A DNA stretch of 64,000 bases from Octopus sinensis. Its lineage: Eukaryota. Below are positions 1-12,910 of the stretch, one piece after another. Made by a program: the position numbers and the translations under genes. The notes beneath the pieces are model-generated. The model did no database searches, had not been told where the DNA came from, and saw only the letters and a program-made list of their open reading frames with translations. The stretch lies in NCBI RefSeq assembly GCF_006345805.1, contig NC_043005.1, positions 37,820,001-37,884,000 of the forward strand, read 5' to 3'. Positions within the stretch are counted from its first letter, which is position 1. Each line of letters begins with the position of its first letter.

Positions 1-1612
1 TTTCATGACACCTGCACTAGTAAGGCTACTAAGTAACTCGCAAGATAAGACCCATTGACTGAATGGGGTTGCAGTATTGAGCAAGATGTTGAGAAACAAA
101 AGTATGTTAGAGGGGCCAAAAGAAGTGTTTTGCTATAGAGGAGATAAGTGACTATTCCAGCTGGCAAAAGAGAAAAGGTGGGGGAGATAAGGGGTCTAGA
201 TATAATCCCAAGGTACAAGATGGTAGATAAAGAGAGAATAAAGGAAAAGAATTAAGGATGGTTGGCTGGGTAGGGTTGTGAGAGTGTGAAAGAAATGTTA
301 CAGATGGTTAGAGATGTGGATGGAAGTGAATGCAGGGACCAGTGGAATTGATGAGGAATAGGGAGACAGTGTGAAGTGTGTGAGAGAGAGGGAGACAGAC
401 AGACAAATAGATGCACACACAGACACACACACATACATGCACACATGGAAGACAGAGGTACTTAGCAGTAGATATAATGGGCGATAAATAAAGTTTGGAG
501 GGCCATTATTGGCAGATGTGAGTGGGTATTTAAAGGAAAATGAAGTGGTAAGGTATGATGTTGAGAATGTTGGATGGTTGACTAAAGGAAGTGGTTGAAA
601 GGAGAGGAATAACTGGCAGCACAAAGTGGGGATGAAATATGCATAGTTCTGCTCTTACATAATTACAGCATCTGATGAAATAGTGCCATAGTTAGAAGGG
701 TGAAGAAGGAATAGGTGTGTGTGTGTGTGTGTGTGCATATGCATGTATAACATTGTAATAAGGGTGCTGCACTTACAATTGTGACACTGTAGTTTTGATT
801 TCCAAGCCAAGCAGTACATTGTGTTCAAAGCAAAACACTTTATCTCATTTCTCTGCAACCACTTCAACATTTGATGTGTGGCCATTGTACACCTGTACAG
901 ACAAGGCCAATTTGATGGAGGGAGTGTGCTAATGTACAGCACAAACATTTGATCACTATAAACAAATCATCTGCATGGGTTATTCAGCAGTAAGTTGCAG
1001 AACCCTCGTCTGTCATTCACAACAGCAGAGTCTGCCATATGTAGTATATACATACATATACACACACAGCAAAATGAATTCACTTATAAACAATACGATA
1101 TATTTCATTGGATTGAAAATTCCATGAATGGTGAGTGGGGAGTAGTCAGTTTCCAGCAGAACTTGAATCGCTCATTTTCTCTAATCCTGAGAGACTTAAA
1201 CCAAATTACTCTAAGCAGCCATCTTCTTTGTATCATCAAACTGAATGTCTTATTCTTGCCTGTGAGTAACCCTGAATACATTTGGTATATAGAAGAAAGA
1301 TGGATGTTGCTTTAGTATAATTGGGGGTTTATTTGTCTGAGTTAGAGAAAATGCCTGATTTGATTCTTGCAAATAATGGCTTTCTCACTTTATCTATTCA
1401 AGGGTGTTTTAATTCAATGTATTATAATATTATTAATCATAATGTATTATCATGTTATTGTTAATAGATACTAATTTATCTATTCCTCAAAGCTTCTATA
1501 TTTGCATTCTAAATGTCACTATACTTTTAGTTTTATTCTAAATACACAATTATGAGTCATATAGGAATACTCTAAATATGATTTATTTTTACCTAGACAC
1601 ACTTGCCTTCCT

Positions 1613-1839
1613 TTAACCCATTAGTATATAAATCAACCATATCTCATTCAAATATTCTACCTGTTTTATGTTTAAAATGGCCAAATCTTGCCCCTCCCAC
1701 CTACCCTGCAGTATCATTATAAAGTTAAACAATCACATCTTTGAAATCTCAAAGCTACAAAATAATTCATGATTAATTCAAAACAATGTGAATAAATAAG
1801 CATTACATCTGACAGAGATGTCTGATGCTAAAGGGTTAA
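1613..1839. mobile_element. piggyBac-type MITE
   Basis: TTAA at both ends (1613-1616, 1836-1839) with terminal inverted repeats CCCATTAGTAT / ATGCTAAAGGG; no coding capacity. Confidence 0.7.
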
Positions 1840-2261
1840 TGATAACTGGAATTATTTTTAGTTAAATCAATACTATTAAAATACTGGTATTTCATTGACA
1901 AATCAATGTTATGTATATGGTTGACTCCTGGCAGCATTGAACTAAATACAATGATTGATTTAAATTTTCTGTCTACTATTTGTACAACTTTTAAAAATGA
2001 ATTTTCCATTGTGAGTATTGAAGACTATAATCTAGAGATATGAATGGTAAAATTTAATTCTAGTTGGAGATACACTTGGAATAATGAAGCTAAAAATTTT
2101 GAAGTAAGAAACCTGGTTCTGCTACAGATCTAGATAATTTGATAACTCAATGATAGGGATCATAAAACATTCCATTAATTTACTAAAACAAAATACCTGT
2201 AATTATTCAGGTTTATAACTCACATAACTCACATTACTTCCAAAGAATAGATTTTTATTTT

Positions 2262-3985
2262 TGCAGCTGTCAGGAAAAGCTGTTTTATTGTGGATAAATT
2301 CTCATCACTCAAAGAGGTGCATTGAAGTATTGCTTATCATTGTTATGAAACACTTGAAGAAATTTAAAATACTTAAATAGTGTGTACAAGATAGAACACT
2401 CTCACATCTTTCATTAAACAATTTCTTCTTAGTTGTTAATATCACATATAATTCATGTACACATAGGTTGCATCTAGCATTATTAATTTTGTATGATCTT
2501 GCATGATTAAGTATTTTCCAATTTATGTCGTATAATTTCATACTGTCCTTCAATTTCCAAACTAGTTTACGCAAACTAGTACTGTTAAACATATCTCTAT
2601 TCCTAAAAGTGTATTCTTGGTTTGCAATCCATTTTTTAATAAAATTTTCTGTTGACCCTATGTAAAAATAAGTTTCCCATTCTGAATCAACCCTAAATCT
2701 ATATACAATATTGTTCTGTAAACAAAAATTATTAAAATAACATTTATTGTTACATCTACAATCACAATTTCTTGCTAGATCATTCTCTGTAATAGTATTA
2801 CTATTTCTATTATTGTAAAAATTGTCTAATCTTTTATTATTAAAGGAAGAGATAATTCTAAACAAATTTTTAGATACAGAAAAATCTATTCTAATCCATT
2901 TATCATTAATTATTTTATTATATTTATGTTCTTTATTAAAGTGCTTAGATATCTCTCTCTCTATCCGCTCAGTCGAAGTCGGCTCTCGGTCACTTGTTGG
3001 ATCAGTGTCCTCCAGTCAGTTCTATCCTGGGCCGCTTCTTTCAGATTGGCTATGTCCATTCCAGTATCACTCTTGATGGTGTCAAGCCAGCGGGTTCTTG
3101 GTCGGCCTCTTCCTCTCTTGCCACTGACCATTCCGAGCATGATGTCCTTCTCCAGGGATTTTCTCCGCATAATATGACCGAAATATGCCAATCTATGCTT
3201 GGTGATCCTAGCTTCTAGCGACATTTTCAGCCTTATCTGCTTAAGAACTTCTCCATTGGTGAGCCTCGCTGTCCATGGAATCCGCAAAAGTCTTCTCCAA
3301 CACCAAAGCTCGAATGCATTAAGTCTCTTCTGGTCAGCTTAGATATAGATCTGTAGAAAAGCTTGACCAAATCCATTTTTATTTGTTGTGCTTAAAGAAT
3401 GATAAACCAAATATAATTATCTTTATTATAATTAACATCATTACATGAATCTGGGTTGAGATATGGTGTATACTTATTATCTTTAGACTTGAGTCTATTT
3501 ATATGTCCATTTTTGTACAGAATATAGTTACTACACTTGTTCCTCTTCATATTATTGCTATTGTTAATCATATCATTACTCCTTACAAATTAATTGGATA
3601 CATTTCTGCTATTCCATCCACTTACTTCGATGTCAACCAGTTTTCCATTATTATAATAAGATTTATTGCAGTTCCCATTCTATTCCCATATCCTGCTTTT
3701 TTAAGGGCATCATTATAATATTTGGTGTTATTATTAAAGATTTCCTCATTGGAGGATAAATAAGAAACATGTTTCGAAATATTATTAACCAAATCTCTTG
3801 TGATTGCTTTAGGATGGTTACTATGTAAGTTGATATATTTAAAATTATAGTTGGGTTTATGATATGGACTGTATAGGCCAGTATCAAGGTTCAGATTAAC
3901 ATCTAGGTAGCTGACTTAATCATGCTCATTTACTACAGAGATAGGTAAACCAAATCTTTTTTAAAAATTATGGTATTTTTTCACA
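2262..3985 (-). mobile_element. Degenerate Penelope-like element (RT C-terminus, Cys-rich linker, GIY-YIG endonuclease), probably Naiad-type
   Basis: Minus-strand translation: YLDVNLNLDTGLYSPYHKPN...NLHSNHP...LSSNEEIFN...YYNDALKKAGY (PLE RT/thumb), then KHFNKEHKYNKII..., CDCRCNNKCYFNNFC (CxCx5Cx5C), IVY...YIGST, and CNLC...CTH. Frameshifts and stops present; interrupted by the 2953-3336 insertion. Confidence 0.85.
2953..3336 (-). mobile_element. 5'-truncated BovB-like RTE LINE 3' fragment inserted into the PLE
   Basis: KRLNAFELWCWRRLLRIPWTAR...RLAYFGHIMRRKSLEKDIMLGMVSGKRGRGRPRTRWLD; short (GA)n tail; target-site duplication GCTTAGATAT at 2943-2952 and 3337-3346. Confidence 0.9.
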
Positions 3986-4126
3986 TATAGGTTTATTTTA
4001 CTATTGGATTGACTATTAATAAAAAAAATAGTGCAGCATCTCTATTGAGTCCACCTTTAATGTCTGGAAATTCATTATGGAAATGATATAGTATGTATAA
4101 ATATAGTATGTATATATATCAAATAG

Positions 4127-4920
4127 AAAAATGTGTGCAAGTGAAATAATATTATTAAGATTATAAACCTGGAAAAGTTCAGGACAAGTCATTACATCTG
4201 GTAAAGAACATTTTTATTTAAGATATTGCAACTAAGGATAAAATTTCAAATAATATATTTAGATTTAGAAAATATTAGCTTTTATTAAAACTAAAATTTT
4301 TATTACAAGCTATTAATTACATCTATTTGTTATTACTTGTTACTTCTATCAAAAATATAAAAAAACAACTCAAAATATTTTTGCACTTTAAAAAAAATCA
4401 TTTTTTAAATTATTATTCAATAATTATAAATTTGAAAGTAGGTTATAAAAATAATTGTAGTACATAATTGATTAGTTCAATAAATAGAACAATACAAAAA
4501 TTAGTTATAAATTACAGTTAAATCTACCTATAGCAACAAATTCACTGTAAAATTTGCTTGAGTTATTGCCTAAGTTATTGCCAAGTCTTCACATTTTGAC
4601 CCAATGCCTATTTTTAACAATGAATTTGCCTACCATATATACAATTTCACTTTGCATAAAACTTAAGCTATATTGGTACTTTTGGATCTCATATTATAAG
4701 TATAGTGTGTCAATATTTTAACAAAATGATGGTAGCTTTTTTAATTCTAATGTTACTTTGTAAATTAACATCAAATAATTTTTAATATTCAAATTTTATC
4801 TTTAGCTGCAATATTTTAAGTAAAATTTTCATGTTCTATACTTTACTAGATGTAATAACTTGTCCTGAACTTTTCCAGGTTTATAATCTTAAGAATATTA
4901 TTTCTCTTGCTTGCATTTTC
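4127..4920. repeat. Fold-back element: inverted arms ~4127-4252 and ~4786-4920
   Basis: AAGATTATAAACCTGGAAAAGTTCAGGACAAG at 4158-4189 is the reverse complement of the sequence at ~4860-4891; the arms extend with mismatches and indels. Confidence 0.8.
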
Positions 4921-6228
4921 CCATATAATCCATGTTTTTTACAGGTTATGCTATTATTCTAATTGATAATATGTCAAATGTGTCAATTAGTGGTATCGTT
5001 GATAATTTTTTCTTACCTCAATGATGCCGGTGACATATATTAAAAGTCCCCTTACAGAACTGTATTCATGTGAAAGTATAGAACTATATTATCACCCTCA
5101 AATTTGGGAAACAAACACTCATAAGTATCTTCTTTTAAAACTTCATTGCATGAGATTGATACCATGAAATTCCTCAAATTGATCTCTGTCATTTAAGCTT
5201 AATTAAAATATAGTTTGTTTTTAAAATAAAAAAAAGTTAATTATACTTAAGTCCAATTTTGTGCCTTATGTTTTTCCATGATATTTTACCTCACAACATT
5301 TTTCAGACAAATTTTTGTTGTACGAGACAAAATCTATGAAATTCTTCATGCTTTCTTCTATCATTGAAGCTAAGATAAACATATTTTACATTTAATATAT
5401 TTAGATGTAAACTTGATTAGAGATGTTACTTACACTCCTATAACATTGCTACGAATTTTGATGTACACTTTTTTCTCTTGGACCAAATCTCAATTTTTTT
5501 CATGCCAAAATGTAGCAAGGGACCAGCCCTCTTCAAAATGTTAACTTTTCTCAATTTGGTCGAGAAGTGAATTAGCGACAAGCTCTGAAAGATGCTGCAT
5601 GTGAGTAAATTGCAGCCTTAAGAATATTATTCAACTACTACTGTAGTTGAATGATATATGTATATGTATATTATATGTATATATGCGAGTTAATTTATTT
5701 ATGTAAAACTATACTGGAACATTCAAAGACATGATCTGAGATAATTTTAATTCACAACTCCAGTCAACACTAAATTTTTAACATTTGCTCACACACATCC
5801 TTTCTCCCCTCATCCACTTTCGTTGCTTTCTCTGTCTCTTGCTTTCTTTTCTCTTACTTCCCACTTTTAAACTTCCCTCTTTCTCTCACCACTGTGTCCT
5901 TCTATAAGTCCTTTAGTCTTTCCAGCCTTCTAACTGTTTATAATGTGGCTCATTAAATTCATTAAGTCCTCACTATTTGAAAATGGAAGATGACTCTTAA
6001 TGCATTCACTTCAGTAATGAGGAAAACAATCTTTACCAATAGAGAAATAAAAAAATAAATAGTAGTTTCTAAACTGAGTTTTATATGTAAATGTATGTAC
6101 ATATGGGTTGAAAATTTCAATGTAAAAACATTGAAAGATTAGGTAGTTTTTCTGACTAAAATTTATAGCCTCATAATCTCAGAAATGCTTCCTCCACTGA
6201 CTTTTTTGCTGTATACACACACACACAC

Positions 6229-6314
<86 letters not shown>

Positions 6315-6932
6315 CATGTGTCATAACACTCCCCATAACACCACCGACCCTCCTGCTTCTTTCCTCTAATACACTTAGCTCTCCACATTTAACCATTCCA
6401 CCTTTGAACTTCTCTGCATTATGATCTGAAATGTAAAATCTTTTCAAACCTGATGATGGACTCTCGATTTATCCGATGTTGATTGCTTCCATTATGGCTG
6501 AAATGTTGTATTGTGATGAGCTACATCTACCACCATTATGATGGGTCTCCAAGCCCTCAGAAACAGTTGTTGGACTTATAACACCTTTCTTCCTCCCCTT
6601 TAATTTTCTCTGTCATTTGTACTCTGTGTAAGTTATATCTAAATATTTATACTTAAATATTCATCATCTAAGTCATCACTTTTTGCTTCTCTCATTTTGC
6701 ATATAAATATATATATGCATATTTTGTATTCCATACCCAGACTGTTATATTTGATATATCTAATTTGTTTATTCACATCTGTTTATCCATATACTGTCAA
6801 CTTCATCATCTTGTAGCCTTTATTTACCCCATGGAATTGTTTCCTTGTAAAGAGATCAAAGTCTAAGTTTGAATCATTTGAGCACTACTAAATGTCTTCT
6901 ATACTGAGAATCTCTGGATCTTATCTATTGGC

Positions 6933-6960
<28 letters not shown>

Positions 6961-6963
<3 letters not shown>

Positions 6964-7150
6964 GGAAAGTTTACGAAAATAAACAAAAGACGAAGGCAGG
7001 TGGTGTACAAACAAACAGATGTATTAGTATAGCACTCAAGAATAGAAAAAGTCTTTTACGTTTCGAGCCTATGCTCTTCTACAGAAAGATACACAGGAAA
7101 AAACACGGAGAGAAAAAAATGTGTGTAGTAGCTAACGATCTATCATGGCA
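6961..7150 (-). mobile_element. Short non-coding element beside a (TA)n tract carrying a hammerhead motif (probable PLE pseudo-LTR)
   Basis: Begins directly after (TA)n at 6934-6960 and contains the 7052-7089 hammerhead. PLE origin is inferred from the ribozyme type. Confidence 0.55.
7052..7089 (-). ncRNA. Minimal type I hammerhead ribozyme motif (variant core)
   Basis: Minus strand: UCUUU-CUGUAGA-A-GAGC(AUAG)GCUC-GAAA-CG-UA-AAAGA. Helix I UCUUU/AAAGA, 4-bp helix II, palindromic ACGU helix III, GUA cleavage triplet. Position 6 is U rather than A. Confidence 0.7.
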
Positions 7151-7247
7151 CACACAACAAGAAATGATATTTATCTCTTTTTATATAAATGAAAGGGTTT
7201 AGAGAAATGCAAAAAGAAGTGCTCAAATGTAAATGAGACAAAGATAA

Positions 7248-8159
7248 ATAAACATTGGTCATAGAACAAACATTAAATTCTAGTCAATGACTTAATATAT
7301 GACATCATACCTCAAACAATTAAACATATATAAATATCACCATTATATAAAAAGATAATAATATACATAAAAATACAGAAAATAAAAATATATATTTGAA
7401 TAAAATGCAACTAGAACGGCCTATCAAAAGGGTAAATAAACGACTAAAAATTCAAAAGTGTGCCATACTACCAAAATATGTCCGTAAACTAAGATAAAAT
7501 ATCAAACGACTAAGAATGTTTCATCAAACAATTAAAAATATTATTTTAAAATATTTTTACTCCCCTCACAAAAAGTAGGTCCAAAGTTCAATTTTTAAAA
7601 CCATGGTAGGTTAGAGTTCATACACAAACAGACTTCCACAAGGTCAATTCAAATGCATCAATGGCCATTTTGGGAGCTCATCATCGTGGTTCAATTACAC
7701 TAAAGTGCAGCACGGCGGTGACACCCACCAGCAAGATGGACAAGAAACAGGAAATACACACAGATCAAATTTTAAAAACTTATACAATGCTACATGGTTA
7801 ATTTTAAAGACAAACTCATCAGTGGACCTGTCCAAATTTTCTAACACAAAATTTTTTTTAATAATATTTCTAATCGTTTGATGAAATATTCTTAGTCGTT
7901 TGATATTTTAGCTTAGTTTATGGGTATTTTTTGGTTGTATGGCACACTTTTGAATTTTTAGTTGTTTATTTTCCTTTTTGATAGGCTGTGCATTCTATTT
8001 GTATTTTATTCACATATATATTTTTATCTTCTGTGTTTTTATGTATATGCACATCTCTTTATATTATGGTGATATTTAGGTATATGTTTAATTGTTTGAG
8101 GTATGATATATATTAAGTCGTTGACTCAAATTTAATGTTTGTTCTATCACCAATGTTTA

Positions 8160-8160
<1 letters not shown>
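7248..8160. repeat. Large fold-back element: ~300-bp inverted arms (7248-7550, 7852-8160) around a ~300-bp spacer
   Basis: Arms align in reverse complement throughout (for example AAAATTCAAAAGTGTGCCATAC vs GTATGGCACACTTTTGAATTTT), roughly 80% by eye; ends at (TA)n. Confidence 0.85.
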
Positions 8161-8218
<58 letters not shown>

Positions 8219-8249
8219 TTATACATATATGTATATATATATGTGTGTA

Positions 8250-8314
<65 letters not shown>

Positions 8315-8415
8315 GGCCTGCTCGCTTAGCCAGCGGGTGGTGTCATTCAAAGGCTAAAACAATGCGAACGCATTGTGACCAGCGATGTGTTGCAACATCT
8401 GATGGTCTGGTCAGT

Positions 8416-8457
<42 letters not shown>

Positions 8458-9035
8458 TTATACACAGTAGCTATGTATCTCCTCTACAGCAAGACATCTG
8501 CTTCTATCTCTCTATCATACTCTAAACTCTCATCACTTGGCAATAATCCGCCTCCCTCAAAACTATTGTCTTCTCAGTTGATGGGCCTTGAATTACAAAG
8601 TACTTGGTGACCTCACCGGTGTTGGTACCATGTAAAAAAAAAAGCATTCAGCACAATCTGTAAAGTAGTTTACATTAAGAAGGACATTTAGCTTTAGAAA
8701 AATAGCTGAAGCAGACAGTAAAGCTTGGCACAGTTCTCCAGTTTGCCATCTCTTGCCAACCTGTCCAGTTGAGGCCAATATGGAAAACAGATGTTAATTG
8801 ATAATGTTGATGATTTATATGCATGCACACCGCACACACACAGAGTCAATAGATAATATTGAGAGAATCTCATTATAGAAATCACTTAGTAGAACTCAAA
8901 TGATTAGAATTTACACTCCAATATCTTTACTCAGGATCAAGTCAGAAGGGTAAAGAGTGGCTATGTAATCTGAGTAAGTTTACTCCATTAAAAAATATAT
9001 TATTTATACTTATATAAGCAAATAAACCCCAGGAC

Positions 9036-9098
9036 ATATTTAGTCCAACCCATGCTAGCATGGAAAGCGGACGCTAAACGATGATGATGATGATGATG
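9036..9098 (+). mobile_element. Extremely 5'-truncated copy of the RTE 3' end
   Basis: GTCCAACCCATGCTAGCATGGAAAGCGGACGCTAAACG(ATG)n matches 45286-45343. Confidence 0.8.
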
Positions 9099-9214
9099 AC
9101 TTCATTGCTAATCATCTGCAATCTTTAAGTCTGCCTTCGTTTATTACACGTATACATGTAGATATATTTTGTTTAATTCAAAACCCAAGGTTTATATCTT
9201 TTTCTTTGGATCAT

Positions 9215-9245
<31 letters not shown>

Positions 9246-9317
9246 CTCTCCCTAATGTAAACTTCGTTGAGATGACTATATATATGTATAGAAATTAAAT
9301 ATATATTTATAGAAATT

Positions 9318-9524
9318 ATGTATAGAAATTAAATATAAAATATAAATTACAAAGTGGGACAAGAATGCAAAAACACACAAAGAGACGACACAAAAAAAAA
9401 CAGACGGGTTACTCGAAGCCTCTAATCTTCAGTCGGAACCGGATCATCTTAGCAATTTCAGCTGTTTAATCTTGCGTTCTTGTCCCACTTTGTAATTTAT
9501 ATTTTATATTTAATTTCTATACAT
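9318..9524. repeat. Fold-back element: 53-bp near-perfect inverted arms (9318-9370, 9472-9524)
   Basis: ATGTATAGAAATTAAATATAAAATATAAATTACAAAGTGGGACAAGAATGCAA versus its reverse complement with one mismatch; GC-richer ~100-bp loop. Confidence 0.85.
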
Positions 9525-11574
9525 ATATTATTGCGGCGTAACGTACCCCTATCTCCTATATATATATATATATATATATAAAATGTAAATAAGGTTGTAA
9601 TCCAAGCTGTGTCCTCATGAATCACATCTGCATATTCCATTGCTTCAAAATTGTATGTAGATATCATCATTGTGTGAGTTATTCATCAGAGTTGAAAAGT
9701 CCTGGAAGATAGCATTTGCAGAATAATTGCATATCAAAACAGGGAAATGGAGAATACTTTTCGTGTCATTTATTCAGCATGACACATGTTTCATTTGCCA
9801 AGAGGAGGTACAAATTTGTGCCTCTCATTAAAATTTCTTCAGAGAGCTTACCACGAGAATCAAATAATTAATTAATTTTCTGCTTGAAGGATTTCTAATA
9901 AGAGATATCTTACCTGTCTCCTCAGACATGTATAATTTTGTAACTCCTGTTGGCAAATGAAAACATGTGTATTGGTGAATAAATAATACCAAAGATTTTC
10001 TCCAGTCACACACACACCACACACACACACATACACACACACACACATATATATATGCACATATATACATACATACATATACAATCTCACTCACATATAG
10101 ATACACACAAACACACACACACATATATATATAGATAGATTTGATTAATGAGAAAGACAGAAGATATGAAAATACACACACACACATATATATTTATACA
10201 TACATAAATATACTAATGAGTGTGTATACTTAATTATGCTATTTCCTGTAATTAATGACATTGGCAAATACATTGTTGTATTTGTTACTGTTGTACCTGC
10301 TGCTTAGTTAATTTTGTGGTTGTGAAGATTCATTTTAGCATGTTTTGTAAGGTTTTAAATTCTAGTAAATATCAACCACTTCATACCTCACGTGTATATC
10401 TCATATACTCTTTTTTTATTTCTGTTTGAGATATAGTGTGATTTTTGTATCTTTTCCATAAACCTCATTTCCCATATGAATACACACATTTGAATTGTAT
10501 ATATACACACCTTAACTGAAATTGAATTAATATTTTGAATGTTAATTCAATTTCAATTAATTTTAGTCTGTAATACACATACTCTATCCCATTAAATAAT
10601 TTTCACAATTTTCTCACTTCCATCGAATTTTGTCCTAAATCCTTGATATGATTAATATTTTCTTATTTTGAATGGTTTCATTTCCAACAATTCTTTTGTG
10701 CTCCATAAAATAAGTACCAGTCAAATACTAGTGTATATAATCAAATAATTCCCTCCCCTCAAATTACTGGTCTTGTGCCAAAATTTTGAAACCATGGTTA
10801 TTATTATGTCTCTTGTTTTGTTCATTTCTAACACTGCAGATGTATTACAGTGTCATGTGATCACTACTAGAGAACTGAGATATCACCAATTACTTTTCAA
10901 GCACTCTCCAGAGTATACAATCTGTTCCAAGGAGTGCTGTGTTATGCAAGTGTTCATTCTGTATTGTAACCCTTATTTGTTCAATGTTCTCAAGATTTTT
11001 ACTCATTTCTCCTAAGGCTGCAACAGTTATTGGTATTATTTTCACCTTTTTCAGTAGCTGCAACTGTTTAACCTCCAGAAGAAAAAGCCTGTAATATCTA
11101 TTGACTCTATTATTTTTTTTTACTATTGTTATTATTACTAGCAGGACCCATGAATATTTTATGGAATTAATAGTAAACCTATTAGGTTATTTCTGAAAAC
11201 CTTATCCAAAAACCCTGAAAGCATAGCCTGTGTTGTGTATGTATGGAAAGATAGTTGTTCATCTGCTACTCACTGAAAAGTGAAAGAAATTTGAATACAA
11301 TGATTACTTAATGCACTTTATATATACACTTTCTATACTTTATGCACAATTTTATAGACTTAATACACAGCACTCATAAGATAAATATTCACTCTTATAT
11401 TTCTATTTTTCCCATAAACAAAACAAAAAAATATACCCATACATAATGATACAACCTTTAGTTAAATTGCATATATCTGCCATGTGAATAAGTGCGAATA
11501 TTTCACAGACTTTCACTTATGTACATGTGTTAAGAGATAGGTGATATAAAAAAACTTAGTTCAAGAAAAAAATT

Positions 11575-11708
11575 ACACTCTGAGTGCAAATGCTGATGAG
11601 GTCGACTTTGTCCTTCAGGGTTGATGAAACAAGCACCAGTCAAACACATGATGTAAGTGACTAAGTCCTGTCCCTGAAATTTCATGCCTTGTGCCTATAA
11701 TAGAAAGG

Positions 11709-11755
<47 letters not shown>

Positions 11756-12175
11756 GGTGGCAAGTTGGCAGAATTGTTGGCATGACAGGCAAAATACTTA
11801 GCAGCATTTCACCCGTCACTATGTTCTGTGTTCAAATTCTGCTGAGGTTGACTTTGTCTTTCATCTCTTCGAGATTGATAAATTAAGTACCAGTGAAACT
11901 CTTGGGTCAATGTAATTGACTAGTCTCCTTCCTCCAAATTTCAAAACCTTGTGCCTTCAGGACAAAGAATTATTATTAAGGTGGTGAGCTGACTGAACTG
12001 TTAGCATGCCAGACAAAATGCTTAGCAGCATTTCATTGGGTTTTATATACTCACCTCAAATTCTGTTAAGATTGACTTTGACCTTCATCCTTTTGGGAAC
12101 AATAAAATAAATAGCAGTCAAGTACTGGAGTTGATTTAAAACTGCTGGACCTGTGCCGAAATTTGAAATCATTCT
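11575..12175 (+). mobile_element. Head-to-tail trimer of a tRNA-like SINE with (ATT)n tails (family D)
   Basis: Three copies of ...TTCAAATTCTGCTGAGGTYGACTTTG...AAGTACCAGT...CCTTGTGCC separated by (ATT)n. Further copies lie on the minus strand at ~23070-23280, 37340-37555, 51150-51400, 52330-52925 and 56040-56260. Confidence 0.7.
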
Positions 12176-12398
12176 TATATTTGCTTTACACTTTTTGTAT
12201 GCAATTTTTCTAGCATTATATCTGCCATCAGCATGATGAGTCATTCTTTTTCACTCAGTTTGGCTTGTCTGAAGGTGATACATGCCTTTGAAACTACTGA
12301 GTAAAGAGTCATGACACCAGCCTAAATAAACTGTTACATTCTGCGTTTGTATTGAGTAGTTCCCCAGCAGATATTTACTTAACAGTGGATGTATGTAA

Positions 12399-12445
<47 letters not shown>

Positions 12446-12862
12446 CTCTTTTCTCTTTTTACTCTTTTACTTGTTTCAGTCATTTTTGACTGTGGCCATG
12501 CTGGAGCACCGCCTTTTAGTCAAGCAAATAAACCCACGGACATATTCTTTGTAAGCCTAGTACTTATTCTATCGGTCTCTTTTGCCAAACTGCTAGGTTA
12601 TGGGGACCTAAACACACTAGCATCAGTTGTCAAGTGATGTTGGGGGGACAAACACAGACACACAAACATATACACACACACACATATATAAATATACATA
12701 TATACAACGGGCTTCTTCCAGTTTCCGTCTACCAAATCTACTCTCAAGGCTTTGGTTGGCCCGAGGCTATAGTAGAAGACACTTGCCCAAGGTTCCATGC
12801 AGTGGGACTGAACCTGGAACCATGTTGTTTGTAAGCAAGCTACTTACCACACAGCCACTCCT
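12446..12862 (-). mobile_element. tRNA-derived CORE-type SINE, family A, full length
   Basis: Minus strand: A-box head GGAGTGGCTGTGTGGTAAG, B-box-like GGTTCAGTCCC, CORE-like CTTGGGCAAGTGTCTTCT, internal TA/TG microsatellite, tail GACTGAAACAAGTAAAAGAG. Confidence 0.85.
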
Positions 12863-12870
12863 ATGCCAGG

Positions 12871-12904
<34 letters not shown>

Positions 12905-12910
12905 TATATA

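Noticed and set aside
5629-5652. Perfect 10-bp hairpin ATTCAACTAC-tact-GTAGTTGAAT; also a ~20-bp AT-rich hairpin near 10512-10561
   Set aside because: Short, AT-rich and isolated; probably repeat termini or chance, with no assignable function.
6446-6480. CTGATGA-T-GGA...TCC-GA hammerhead-like relic
   Set aside because: GAAA is incomplete and there is no helix I or III; too decayed to call.
9410-9470. Hammerhead in the loop of the 9318-9524 fold-back (CTGAAGA and GAAA on the minus strand)
   Set aside because: Helices I and II cannot be paired in any topology I tried.
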